A DNA stretch of 64,000 nucleotides from Podarcis cretensis (lineage: Eukaryota), in contig OX638151.1 of the NCBI GenBank assembly GCA_951804945.1, positions 40,362,001 through 40,426,000 of the forward strand, given 5' to 3'. The notes under the pieces were generated by a model. It was given only the letters and a program-made list of their open reading frames with translations, was not told the origin of the DNA and ran no database searches. The position numbers were made by a program, and so were the translations under genes. Every line of letters begins with the position of its first letter. Position 1 is the first letter of the stretch. Of this stretch, positions 49,770-60,614 are shown piece by piece.

Positions 49770-50753
49770 AGTAACCAAAAGAATCAAGTAGGAAAAGATA
49801 GCTGGTGGATAGCTGAATAAAAGCATCAACTCAGTATGCAACACTGAGGGTTGGGGGCGGGAATTTCTGTGCTATAGATTATTTCAGAAAAGGACTAAAT
49901 ACAGAATAGGCATTATCATATGTCTGAAATTGAGTTTCCCATAAATGTCCAGTTGGCTGCTGTGAGAACAGGATGCTGGACTAGATAGGCTATTGGCCTG
50001 ATCCAGCAGTCTCTTCTTCTTAAGAAATGCCATGTACTGTTCTACTTATCCCACTTTGAAAAGGATGTCAGGACTGTAAATTGTGAAGAGAAGGGGAACC
50101 ACAACAGTGCAGCAGTTTGGACACCTTCCCCAGGTCTTAATGCTGAAATGTTTAGTGTTAGGTGACTCAGGGGGGAAAAAAAGACAAGTATGGAGAAGTA
50201 TTGGGGGGGGGGATGAAAATGTATGGAGAGAATTCTCTCTTTCTTTGATAATACTTGAGGCCCTCTAATAAACCGTATTGGCAGTAGTTTGAGGACAGAT
50301 CTGCCTTCTCAAGTATTCTATCATGAAACTCATAATTAACCTGTGGAATGCTTGGCCTTTAGATGTGGTGGCTGCCTCTGATTAAAATGGTTTTTGATGG
50401 GGATTAAATCAGGGATGGTGAACTTTATGGACTATAATTCCCATCACTCCGACTGTTGGCCATGTTTGCTGGGACTGAGAGGAGTTGGGAGTCAAATCGC
50501 ACGTGGAAGGCCATGGGTTCCCCTCCCCTGTGTTAGGCAAACCCATGGAGGTTAGGTTTATTAGTGGCTATTAGCCACAATACCTAACTGGAACCTCTGT
50601 GTTCAGATGCAACATATCACCAAATAGTTATTGATGCAGAAGGTTTTTGCCGTGCTATTGTTCTTGTGAGCTTTCATGAAGCCACTGAGGGAAAGAGTGA
50701 TCCATAAAGGCATTCATCCTAGTATTCCTAAATGAACTTCATAAGAGACTTTG

Positions 50754-50890
50754 CAGGGCTTTTTTCAGCCAGAAATCACATCAGAACTCAGTTCCAGCAC
50801 CTCTCAGGTGGGCACCATTGCCATTATAAGAGAACAAGGGAAGCGTTCGTGGTGAGTTCCAGCACCTCTTTTTCTGGAAACATAACACTG
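50754..50890. mobile_element. Short hAT-like MITE
   Basis: CAGGGCTTTTTTCAG / CTGGAAACATAACACTG imperfect termini and repeated internal gttccagcacctct. Confidence 0.5.
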
Positions 50891-52221
50891 GTCAAAAGTA
50901 ATAAAATAACCACACGACGAGCTACAAATTAATGTGTGATACATCCCTTATAAACCTCCTTTTTCATACACCTTCGCTTGAGGTGACAAAAAAGGAAGTG
51001 CTGCTTTTAAAGAGAAACAGACAGAAAAGAGAGAGGGAAATGAAAAAGGAGGAAGGTTTAAGCTTTTGTTTTTTGAAAAATGGGGGTAGCTCATAATGCA
51101 TCACCATGTTTACAGACTGGAACATTACTGCAAGCAGAGGTACTGTGGCTGCCAGATTTGATGCCAACAAGACTTCTGGAGATAATGAATCTAGTTCCAC
51201 TGCAGTACAGGCTCTTTTGTGAAGACCCTTCGGGGGGCATGAAATTTGTGTCTAGAATAGAGTAGGTCATAAAGCAGATTTAGTATATATAGCAGGCTGC
51301 CTATGGGAGGTCTGAATAAAATAGGTTAAACCGTATTCATTTTCTTTGATTAATGCTCACATTCAAATTTGCACCTCTTTGAAAACTTGGACAAGTTTTT
51401 GACATAGATTAATTTCTTCGGTTTGCATTTTAATTAAAGTTAAACATCCGTTTCAATGGGCTTAATTAGTTTGACTAATTTGCTTAGAACAGAGTCAAGC
51501 CAAGCTGAAGCTCTGCTTGGATCAGAAAGCAATGTGACACCTCTGCCTTATTTGGTAGTCCATTCCATTGCTTTCAGTGAAACTTCCACTGTTTTCAGTG
51601 AGATTTACTTGCAAGGAAGTAAATGTATTTGGATTGCGGTGCCACTCTGTGCAGTCAAAGAATCACTCCCATTGGCTTCACTAAACTCAGGGTCAATTCA
51701 CAGAGCTGTCAGGCCACTTAAAAATAGATTTATGTATGCCGGTGCTTGCTGGCTGACTGCAAGCACCACCCCTCGCAACATTACAATTTTTAGGTGCCCT
51801 GGCAGTTGCTTTAAAATGATGTCTGCCAGCACATGTAAGCATTGCTGTCAACCACAAATTGAAATATCTTGTTGGGCAAGCACTCTTCATTTCTTTTATA
51901 AGCTTTTGTGGTCGCCCCACTGAGGCCACTGTCCCTTAGGGAAGGAAACACAAAAACTCCAGCCACATGTTGAATTTCTGCCTCACAGGTACCTTTCAAC
52001 AAATGAGTTTTTAAATGGAGTCAGGGGAAATTCAAGAGAGAAAGAAATCTAGGAGAATGACTGCAGAACAAGCAGGATAATTGTCAGGCCTGGGCATAGT
52101 AGCTCTGAGCATGTGCAGAGTTATTCATTTTCCATGAATAACAGCAGGAAACAGGAAATCTGGGACTGCGGGCCATGACTAACTTGTATATGAGCCATGG
52201 TTTCCTGAATATTCCTAATAA

Positions 52222-52570
52222 AAAGGTAAAGGGACCCCTGACCATTAGATCCAGTCATGACCGACTCTGGGGTTGCAGTGCTCATCTGGCTTTATTGGCC
52301 GAGGGAGCCGGCGTACAGCTTCCGGGTCACGTGACCCGCATGACTAAGCCGCTTCTGGCGAACCAGAGCAGTGCACGGAAATGCCGTTTACCTTCCCGCC
52401 GGAGTGGTACCTATTTATCTACTTACACTTTGACGTGCTTTCGAACTGCTAGGTTGGCAGGAGCAGGGACCGAACAACGGGAGCTCACCCCATTGCAGGG
52501 ATTTGAACCGCCGACCTTCTGATTGGCAAGTCCTAGGCTCTGTGGTTTAACCCACAGCGCCACCCGCATC
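52222..52570 (-). mobile_element. Full-length Sauria SINE
   Basis: aaaggtaaagggacccctg tail, core, and head ending acccacagcgccacccgc. Confidence 0.94.
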
Positions 52571-53245
52571 GCTAAATAGGATGCATGCTAACAGCTCGTA
52601 TCTGTATACCCACTGTTTGCAGTTTATTTGTGGGAGGATTACCTTATGGCCAGTCACAATATGAATGGGCTGTGTCAAAGTGATAGGGCACACTCCTCTA
52701 CTCCTGCACCCTTCCCTCCACTTTTGGAGACATTACCTCACTAAGCTAGCCCAGACGTACACCTGACAGAAACATAAATTGTTCTTTTTGAGGAAAAGGG
52801 GCCCTTTATTTCACTGAAAACAACTTGACTGTGAAATGGTGACGTCTGCTGATTTTCCACACATCACTCTGGTTTCTCAACACTGCCTCTTTACTCTAAG
52901 GTCTGTCCCAAAGTATCCCATTCCCCCACTCGCATTTTATTTTTTCTACCCTACTGCCTCTTGAAGCATTCTCATGTTTTTCCCCACACAGTTATTTTTC
53001 TGTGTGTTACTGTCTGTCTAAGCATTCCCATGATTTCTCCAAATGGTCACTTTTCTGCATGCATTCTGTCTCACACTTTCCCAAATTTCGCGATGCAGTT
53101 CTCCAGCCACTTAATGTGTACAAAAACAAAGTAAAGTGTGCATAAGATTTCATGTATCAGTTAAAATAACATACAAAAAAGCAAAGTGTTAGGGGAAATC
53201 ACTTTGCCAAAATACGTATCTTGGGCAAACCTGCATACAAATGTA

Positions 53246-53487
53246 CAGTGGTACCCCAGGTTACATACACTTCAGGTTACATACGCTTCAGGTTACAGAC
53301 TCCGCTAACCCAGAAATAGTGCTTCAGGTTAAGAACTTTGCTTCAGGATGAGAACAGAAATTGTGCTCCGATGGCACGGCAGCAGCAGGAGGCCCCATTA
53401 GCTAAAATGGTGCTTCAGGTTAAGAACAGTTTCAGGTTAAGTATGGACCTCCGGAATGAATTAAGTACTTAACTCGAGGTACCACTG
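53246..53487. mobile_element. Tigger-like MITE (opposite orientation to 36458) inserted in an AT-rich transposon remnant
   Basis: TIRs CAGTGGTACCCCAGGTTA / TAACTCGAGGTACCACTG, TA TSD. Confidence 0.93.
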
Positions 53488-54098
53488 TATGTATATTAGG
53501 AGGAATTTAAGTAAAGAAAGATGTAATTAAAGCTAAAGTCCAACGCACTAGGGATAGACAATGTGGTGCGCTCCACATATTTTTGGCCTACAAGTCTCAT
53601 CATCCTTGACCATTGCTTATGCTAGCGAGGGCTGATGGGAGTTGTAGCACATCATCTGGAGGGCAATACATTGGCTATCCTGGCTAAACACCTTTATCTT
53701 AGAGGAAACCCCATTGAACTCAATGGAGCTTACATCTGAGTGAACAGAAGTCGGGCAGTTAATGTCACCAGTCCTGTGCTTTGGAATATTCTTCCAGGAG
53801 AGATTGGGCAGAGCATCCTTGCTTTTGACTTTCAGGCATCTCTGAGAAAACATTTTTTTCCCCATTAACAGGCCTTTGCAGCTGTTTAATCTTTTATTTT
53901 TAATTAGAAGTCTTAACAATTATTTGTACTTTTATTTTGAAAATGGTGAGGGGTTTTGTATTCATTTTGTATGCTGCCATGATGTTATATATGGCGACAT
54001 AGAAAAACTTGTACAAATAAAAAATAAATATGGCTCTTTCCTAGGCAGTTTTGAATTTTCACAGGCATTCTGCTCTCATTTACAGTATAGACTAACAG

Positions 54099-54310
54099 TT
54101 GGTACATTCATACATTCGAAAGCGTCTCATGAAAAAGGAACTGAGTGATCCAGAACCTCAGGGAATACTGCCACAGTTACCCGGAAGTAACTTCCATGAT
54201 CATAGCGGCCATCAAAATGGAAATAGCTGCTGGGAAGTTGTGGTTGTGTCCATGGATAGCTCAGGACACAATATTACCTTCTCTAAAGAAAATGCAGGAA
54301 AATTGTGTCA
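54099..54310 (+). other. Candidate exon (two long open frames, strong donor)
   Basis: gactaacag acceptor, frame LVHSYIRKRLMKKELSDPEPQ..GKLC open across 212 nt, TCA|gtaagg donor. Second frame open from 54145. No homology recognised. Confidence 0.22.
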
Positions 54311-55059
54311 GTAAGGCTGCAATCCTATTCCCACTGATTTAGGAGTAATCTCCACTCAACTCAGTAGGACTCCTGTCTGAAATGCCATGCATAAGAATGT
54401 TCTCTAAACCTTTTATGGGTCTGAGTCAACCTACCAGATTTGCTCAGATCTTACCTGGGTAGGTTTCCATTTGAAAGTTGCCCATGCACACATTCTTGAA
54501 ACTTTGTGATAGCTTGGGGTACAGAAGAAAAAACTAAATTTAACTGAGCTGGATATTCCAGTTACTTTTTCTAAATGTAGAAGTTATTTAAACCATGAAG
54601 GCGTGCTGGCTGGAATGCAGTTTACAATGGTACTGAGGCTTTGATAGATTGTAAATACCTATCATATTGTGCTGCTTTGTTTAAGTGTTTGGGATAGCAA
54701 ATAAACCAGGCAGCTTTATGTATAGAATAGCCTCGTGAATTTCCTCAGGGAAATTAACTAGGCTGCTTTTTTATGGGAAGATTCTCAGTTATCTATTTGG
54801 GCATACCTGACAGAAGGCTTGAAGATATATGGACTTGTGTTACATCTGTACTTCAAAGAAGAGCATCAGGATGGGATTCTCTTTGTAGCCTAAGCATATA
54901 TTTACTCTAGCTTCAGTTGCTCCAATGCATGCTATAGGTGTGATTCAGAAGAAGAGAATGAGCAAAAAGAAGAATGGCCACGATAGCAAGCAACAAGGGC
55001 CTTCCTCTTATTTAGCCTCCCGCCACCAACAGCACTGTCATTTTAGTGAGACAATATAT

Positions 55060-55144
55060 AGCATACATGTTTTATATATGCTGTAAGCTGCCCAGAGTGG
55101 CTGAGGAAACCCAGCCAGATGGGTGGGGAATAAATAAATAAAAA

Positions 55145-55175
<31 letters not shown>
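55060..55175 (+). mobile_element. L2 extreme 3' end with (GTT)n tail
   Basis: aagctgcccagagtggctgaggaaacccagccagatgggtgggg as at 4157-4200, followed by (GTT)10. Confidence 0.8.
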
Positions 55176-55543
55176 GATCCTGAGAGCTCCATCAAATTCC
55201 TCATGAAATCAGGTGGGGAAAAGTGAAGACCAATTCTTGTTAGATGTGCTGATGTTCTTATTAACCCAAGTAGGAAGACATTCTCTTCCAGACACAAAGT
55301 ATGAGATTAGAAGAAAGGAATGTGAAGGGAACAGGCAAGCCCAGGAACTTAACATGTCTAGGTTACCTTTTGTGGATGTAGGGTCCCTCTGGCCTGACGT
55401 ATTATTCTGACTGACTATCTCTTCAAGAAACAAGGATTTACTGCCATTGCTATGCAATGTAACTGTGGAGAGTTTTGGATTTGTCTCCACAGCAGGATTT
55501 AAAAAAGAAGAAGATAACTTCAGTAGCACAGGTAGGGTTGGTA

Positions 55544-55768
55544 GGGTGGCACAGGTAGGGTGGCATTTCTCACTTGCCTTCTAAACACCAAGCATCGCTG
55601 CCAGTTCCTGAGAGGGGCAGGAAGCTCAGCATGGTGTGGTGGTAGTGCCAATCTGACACTGCTGCCACCTCGCTCACACAATGGCTACACTGCAGAGTGT
55701 GCCTCAACCCTCCCTCTCAAGAAGCAGTAGAACCATTTGTGAGCATCACTACCCTACCTGTGCCACCC
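55544..55768. repeat. 18-bp perfect inverted repeat enclosing ~190 bp (MITE-like)
   Basis: gggtggcacaggtagggt (55544-55561) / accctacctgtgccaccc (55751-55768). Confidence 0.75.
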
Positions 55769-55794
55769 CAGCAACTGCTATTAGACAGCCTACA

Positions 55795-56650
55795 AAGTAC
55801 TTCTTCACACATAACATGGAAAACTATGGAATTCTCTACCACAAGAAGTAGTTAAGGCCACTAACTTAAATGGCTTTAAAATGGTTTTAGGAAATTTCAT
55901 GGAAGATGTCAATGGCTACTGGGCACAAAGGTTTCTTTGAATCCACTGTTATAGGGGGGGACCTGCTCCTTTTACCTTCCAAGAGCCCATATAGAATCCT
56001 TAAGTAGGTTCCCTATTGGTAGGAGAAAATAACAGAGGCCAACCAGAGTATACTGAGAAGCAAAGCAGCTAGTAAGCCTGAACTTTATTAACTGTTGCAA
56101 CAGGGACCCCACTCACCACACACAGGAGGGAGGAGAAAAACCAGAACAATGGTGCGCAAGCCCTTATATATACTTTTGAAGTTGCCCACCCTGTAGCTCA
56201 AGACCCCCCCCCCCAAAAAAAAAAAATCATACACACATGACAGAAGGAGGCGGTCTACAGCAGAAATCCTGTCCGCCAGGATATGCTGATAATGGTCACT
56301 GATTGCTTTACCTGGACAGCCTAGCCATTCTTTTGTGATGGTAAATAGTTTAGTTCCTGAATCCAGGTCAGACATGTGGTTTATATAGTTATGTATGTGT
56401 ACATAACTTGTACATTAATGAACATTTAATTTTTTTATTTGAGACCTTAGAATTCTTATAACACCACTATTGGAGGAAGTATGCTTCTGAATACTAGTTG
56501 CTGGAAATCACAACTGAGAAGTGCAATGTTATATTCAGGTTCTGCTGGCTGGATTCCCATAGGCATCTGGGCGGCCCACTGTGAGAAGAGGACACTGGAC
56601 CAGATGGGCCTTTGGTCTAATCCATCTGGGCTTTTCTTGCATTCTTATAG
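55795..56650 (+). mobile_element. CR1 3' fragment split by a solo LTR
   Basis: aaagtacttcttcacaca..ctatggaattctctaccacaaga..ggctttaaaatgg, resuming after 56467 to ggcccactgtgagaagaggacactggaccagatggg. Confidence 0.75.
55947..56463 (-). mobile_element. Solo LTR (517 bp) of an ERV1- or gypsy-type element
   Basis: Perfect 7-bp inverted termini TGTTATA..TATAACA and 4-bp TSD ccac (55943-55946, 56464-56467). On the minus strand, TATATAAG near 56165 precedes AATAAA near 56085. Confidence 0.88.
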
Positions 56651-58670
56651 TTATGCCCCATCAAGTAGTTCAGGGAAACATCTTCAGAATAAACTTCCTT
56701 TGAAGGCAACATCACTGAAGTTTTGATGGTGCTTTTTTTTAAATCGCGGGAAGCAAAAGACTTTGCATCAAATCTAGAATCTATGTTTTGGATATACAAC
56801 TAGATCTAGTGGCAGTACATTTCCTTAAATATCCATTGTGGCTTTAATACATAAAGCCCACAATCCAACAAAAGTTAGGCAAGATTAAGCTAGCTGAAAG
56901 CAGTAGGCTTAAGAGCACCTTACTCTGTTGGACTGTGGCCCAAAACTGTGCCATCTGGAAGATTGTTCACCAGAGTGCAGAGCTTGGAAGCATCAGATGG
57001 CATCTCACCTCTCTTTGATTTTTGAAGTTGTGTTGTGCTTGAAGACTAGTTTTTGTGGTGCTCCTAAATGCTACAGGCCAGTCAGGGACAAGTTGCCATT
57101 AGGAAACAATTTCTGGCAACATCCCTGTGATGTGTGAGATGACCCTGAGTCTTGGGCCAGGCCGCAAAACTCTCATGCCCCTTCTCTTTCAAGCAGCACC
57201 ATATATTTTTATTTGTCTAGCTCACAAACCTTTGAATCCTGGGCAAACTTGATGTGAGGAAGTGGGGATGTTATACTTAGAAATGACGCCAATTAACCAT
57301 TGCTATTTATTACTTTCTTCCAGAGTTCAGCCAGGTTAGGCAAAGAACAAGGAATAGGTCACCTAGTGTTTACCTTGGCATTTTGAAGAGCAGGCCAGAC
57401 ACTTATTTTTCACCACTATTTCTTTAATGGATCCAAGTATAAACAACTCTTAAAACTTTGCTTCTTTAAGTCGGGGGTTATTTGAAGACAGGAATGGTCA
57501 ATGTTGACCCAAGGGAAAGCAAAGAGGTGGTGTCAGGATGCAATGCAAATTCTTCTGTATGATGGTAGAATCATTATTAGATAATATACTAGCTCATGGA
57601 AAAGTTCTGGAATTTGGGAGATACTTTCAAAATGCATGATGTGATTAGAGCAGGACCAAATGACTGCATATGTCCAACTAAGTTGGCAAATTTTCAGCCT
57701 GGGGATTTTCAGATCTCCAAGAATGGATTAAGTGTTGTTTTATTTATTTACTTACATCCTTCATCCTCCCTTGAAGGATTTGTCTGCACAACAACACAGC
57801 AGACACACAGCCTTGGTGATGATTATGGTCACCTGAGATGGCACCACAGCTAAATACCAAGAATTTGCAGTGTGTTGCTTCCAGTACAAGAGGTAACAGG
57901 ATTTCAGCTAAACAAGATCAAAAACCTGAAATTGCCTAGGAGAGACCAGACATAAAAAGGTGATTAATCTAAAGGTCAGACAATGCGGAACATGCCAAAA
58001 CTATAAGATCAAGAAGTAAAAAGATTGCCAGACATGTTCACATCTGCTGTTAGATTCATAAGCAATTAGCAGTTCAAGCAACGCGTTCCTTAAATAGTTA
58101 GAATGGGCATGCGTACGAATGTGGTGCAGAGAGTTCAAAGATTTGCATCCATGCATTAGACATCAGCGCTAGCAGAGCAGCTCTTTGACCCATCAAAACA
58201 CTTCACTATAAAAGCATCACCTCACTGAACAGGTGGTTCTGTCAGGCACAGTAGCAGAAGAGGAAGAAATAAAAGGGAAAGCACAACCATGCTCTTATGT
58301 CATTGGAATGCACTGAAATCCCAGCGGATTCTTCCCTGACCATATTCATCAGTTAAATATGTTAGGTTCTGTAGGCAATATAATGGATTCAGTTATTACT
58401 ACCTGGGATGCAGTTAGGGATGTCAGAGGAATCAGTTGAGAATGGACCATCATGAGGACTTCCTTCCATCCATATGTTTGACACACACGTACCCGCCCCC
58501 ATCATGACACGGACCTTCTTTCAGTGAATGACTTTTGCCTTACGTTATTATGTTTAGATACAATCCATGTCTCTGACTGAACTCATATGTGCCCTACAAA
58601 GTGCTGTTTTTAATCACTTAGGAATCTCCTCCCACTTCTTACCATACCATTGTCCATATGTTAATGTTTT

Positions 58671-59071
58671 AAGAAGGCTGATCGCCAATGAATTGATGCT
58701 TTTGAATTATGGTGCTGGAGGAGACTCTTGAGAGTCCTATGGACTGCAAGAAGATCAAACCTATCCATTCTTAAGGAAATCAGCCCTGAGTGCTCACTGG
58801 AAGGACAGATCCTGAAGCTGAGGCTCCAATACTTTGGCCACCTCATGAGAAGAGAAGACTCCCTGGAAAAGACCCTGATGTTGGGAAAGATGGAGGGCAC
58901 AAGGAGAAGAGGATGACAGAGGACGAGATGGTTGGACAGTGTTCTCGAAGCTACCAGCATGAGTCTGACCAAACTGCGAGAGGCAGTGGAAGACAGGAGT
59001 GCCTGGCGTGCTCTGGTCCATGGGGTCACGAAGAGTCGGAGACGACTAAATGAGTAAACAACAACAACAAC
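58671..59071 (+). mobile_element. 5'-truncated Bov-B (RTE) LINE, ~400 bp
   Basis: WTARRSNLSILKEISPECSLEGQILKLRLQYFGHLMRREDSLEKTLMLGKMEGTRRRG, in-frame stop after RRRG, (CAA)n tail. Confidence 0.95.
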
Positions 59072-59954
59072 AGACTTAGAGACAGTCCAGTGTGACATGT
59101 CAGTGACAATCTGCCAGTGTGGGTGGCTGGGTGGGTGCAACCACTTCTCTGTCCTCCCTGGACACTGACAAGGACATAGGAAAACCATAACAATTTCACT
59201 GAAACCTCGTGATTATTGCTTAATTACAGATATTTTGTGCACCAGCATTGGCACATGAAGAAGAAAAAATAACATCCTATAAGCACACACCCCATCTTAT
59301 TAATTTCACCAAAGATGTCCCTACCCTCAGAGGGGTGTGTATATGAATGTACCAGCCATACCACAGATACTCACAGTCAAGGGTATGAAGGAGGAATCAA
59401 GTAAGGACCCTTCCGAGTGAGCAAAAATACTTGCAGGATCTGAAATATGAGCAACAGCATTAAATAGGTTAAAATGGATATATTGAATAGTATATGAGAA
59501 ATATGCAGCATTCAAGTGTAAACAGGGAAACCATGGAAGGGGTGGATGGATGGATAAAGTAATTTACAATTTATGTTAAAATCTGTAAAGTTTTTTGTGT
59601 GAAAAATCAATAAATAAGGTTTAAAGATACTTGCATCCAGGGAGGGAAAGTGATATGTGGGGGGAAAATTGAAACTAGAGAAGTAAAAATGTGATTCAGA
59701 TAAAACCCCTCTGTTTACAGATGACACACAAGACTCTGGAAGCTGCGACTGTACATCCAGCTCCCTGCACAGGCACCAGCCATTTAAGAAATATAAAGGA
59801 TACAAACACATTTCAAGTTGCCTTTCACACATGCACACCAACAATGGAAAAGAAACTCAGAAACACTCTAAGTGGCATGTGCAGATTCTGTCTCTGACTC
59901 GAGAAAAGTATTTTGTGCAAGACAATTGCATGCCAGCCAGGACATGGTTTTGTA

Positions 59955-60102
59955 ATGGCCGACCTGCTGTCAGGGGCACATGCTCCACTTGTCAGCATTC
60001 AGCACAGTCATGTGGAACAAGCAGCAACAGTTCATGCGGACATGATGGAAGCCTTGTGTGCTTCATCTCCCAAGACAGACAGAAACAGTCAAGCACAAAA
60101 AG
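59955..60102 (+). CDS. Candidate first coding exon (MADLLSGAHAPLVSIQHSHVEQAATVHADMMEALCASSPKTDRNSQAQK), host gene unidentified
   Basis: gtaATGG Kozak context, 49 open codons, AAG|gtacat donor (phase 1). No homology recognised. Confidence 0.18.
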
Positions 60103-60253
60103 GTACATGCTCAGAGACAAGATATGAATTGGTGCTATGCCTGCTCACCGTGCCTCTCTGTTGCAGTTTGTTTCTTTGTGGTTTATTTTGATCTGTCCCC
60201 TGGTTGTCTTTCATGTCTTGGGTTAATCTTTGTGCATTTGCACTGCATATATA

Positions 60254-60614
60254 GGTAAAGGTAAAGGTACCCCTGCCCGTACGGGCCAGTCTTGACAGAC
60301 TCTAGGGTTGTGCGCTCATCTCACTCTATAGGCCGGGAGCCAGCGCTGTCCGCAGACACTTCCGGGTCACGTGGCCAGCATGACATCGCTGCTCTGGCGA
60401 GCCAGAGCCGCACACGGAAACGCCGTTTACCTTCCCGCTGGTAAGCGGTCCCTATTTATCTACTTGTACCCGGGGGTGCTTTCGAACTGCTAGGTTGGCA
60501 GGCGCTGGGACCGAACGATGGGAGCGCACCCCACCGCGGGGATTCGAACCGCCGACCATGCGATCGGCAAGTCCTAGGCACTGAGGTTTTACCCACAGCG
60601 CCACCTGCATCCCA
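60254..60614 (-). mobile_element. Full-length young Sauria SINE (same subfamily as 8403-8764)
   Basis: Shares ggtacccctgcccgta and gcgctgtcc..agacacttccgggtcacgtgg with the 8403 copy. 13-bp TSD cactgcatatata at 60241-60253 and 60615-60627. Confidence 0.95.

Larger units (their letters stand above)
47455..50410 (+). mobile_element. Old CR1 fragment interrupted by nested insertions at 47573-49802
   Basis: atgcacatcggggca..ggaaagagatcttggtg (ERDLG motif) resumes at ~49803 and runs to CR1-like 3' sequence near 50340-50410. Confidence 0.6.

Noticed and set aside
58661-59188. 175-aa minus-strand ORF
   Set aside because: Antisense reading of the Bov-B fragment.
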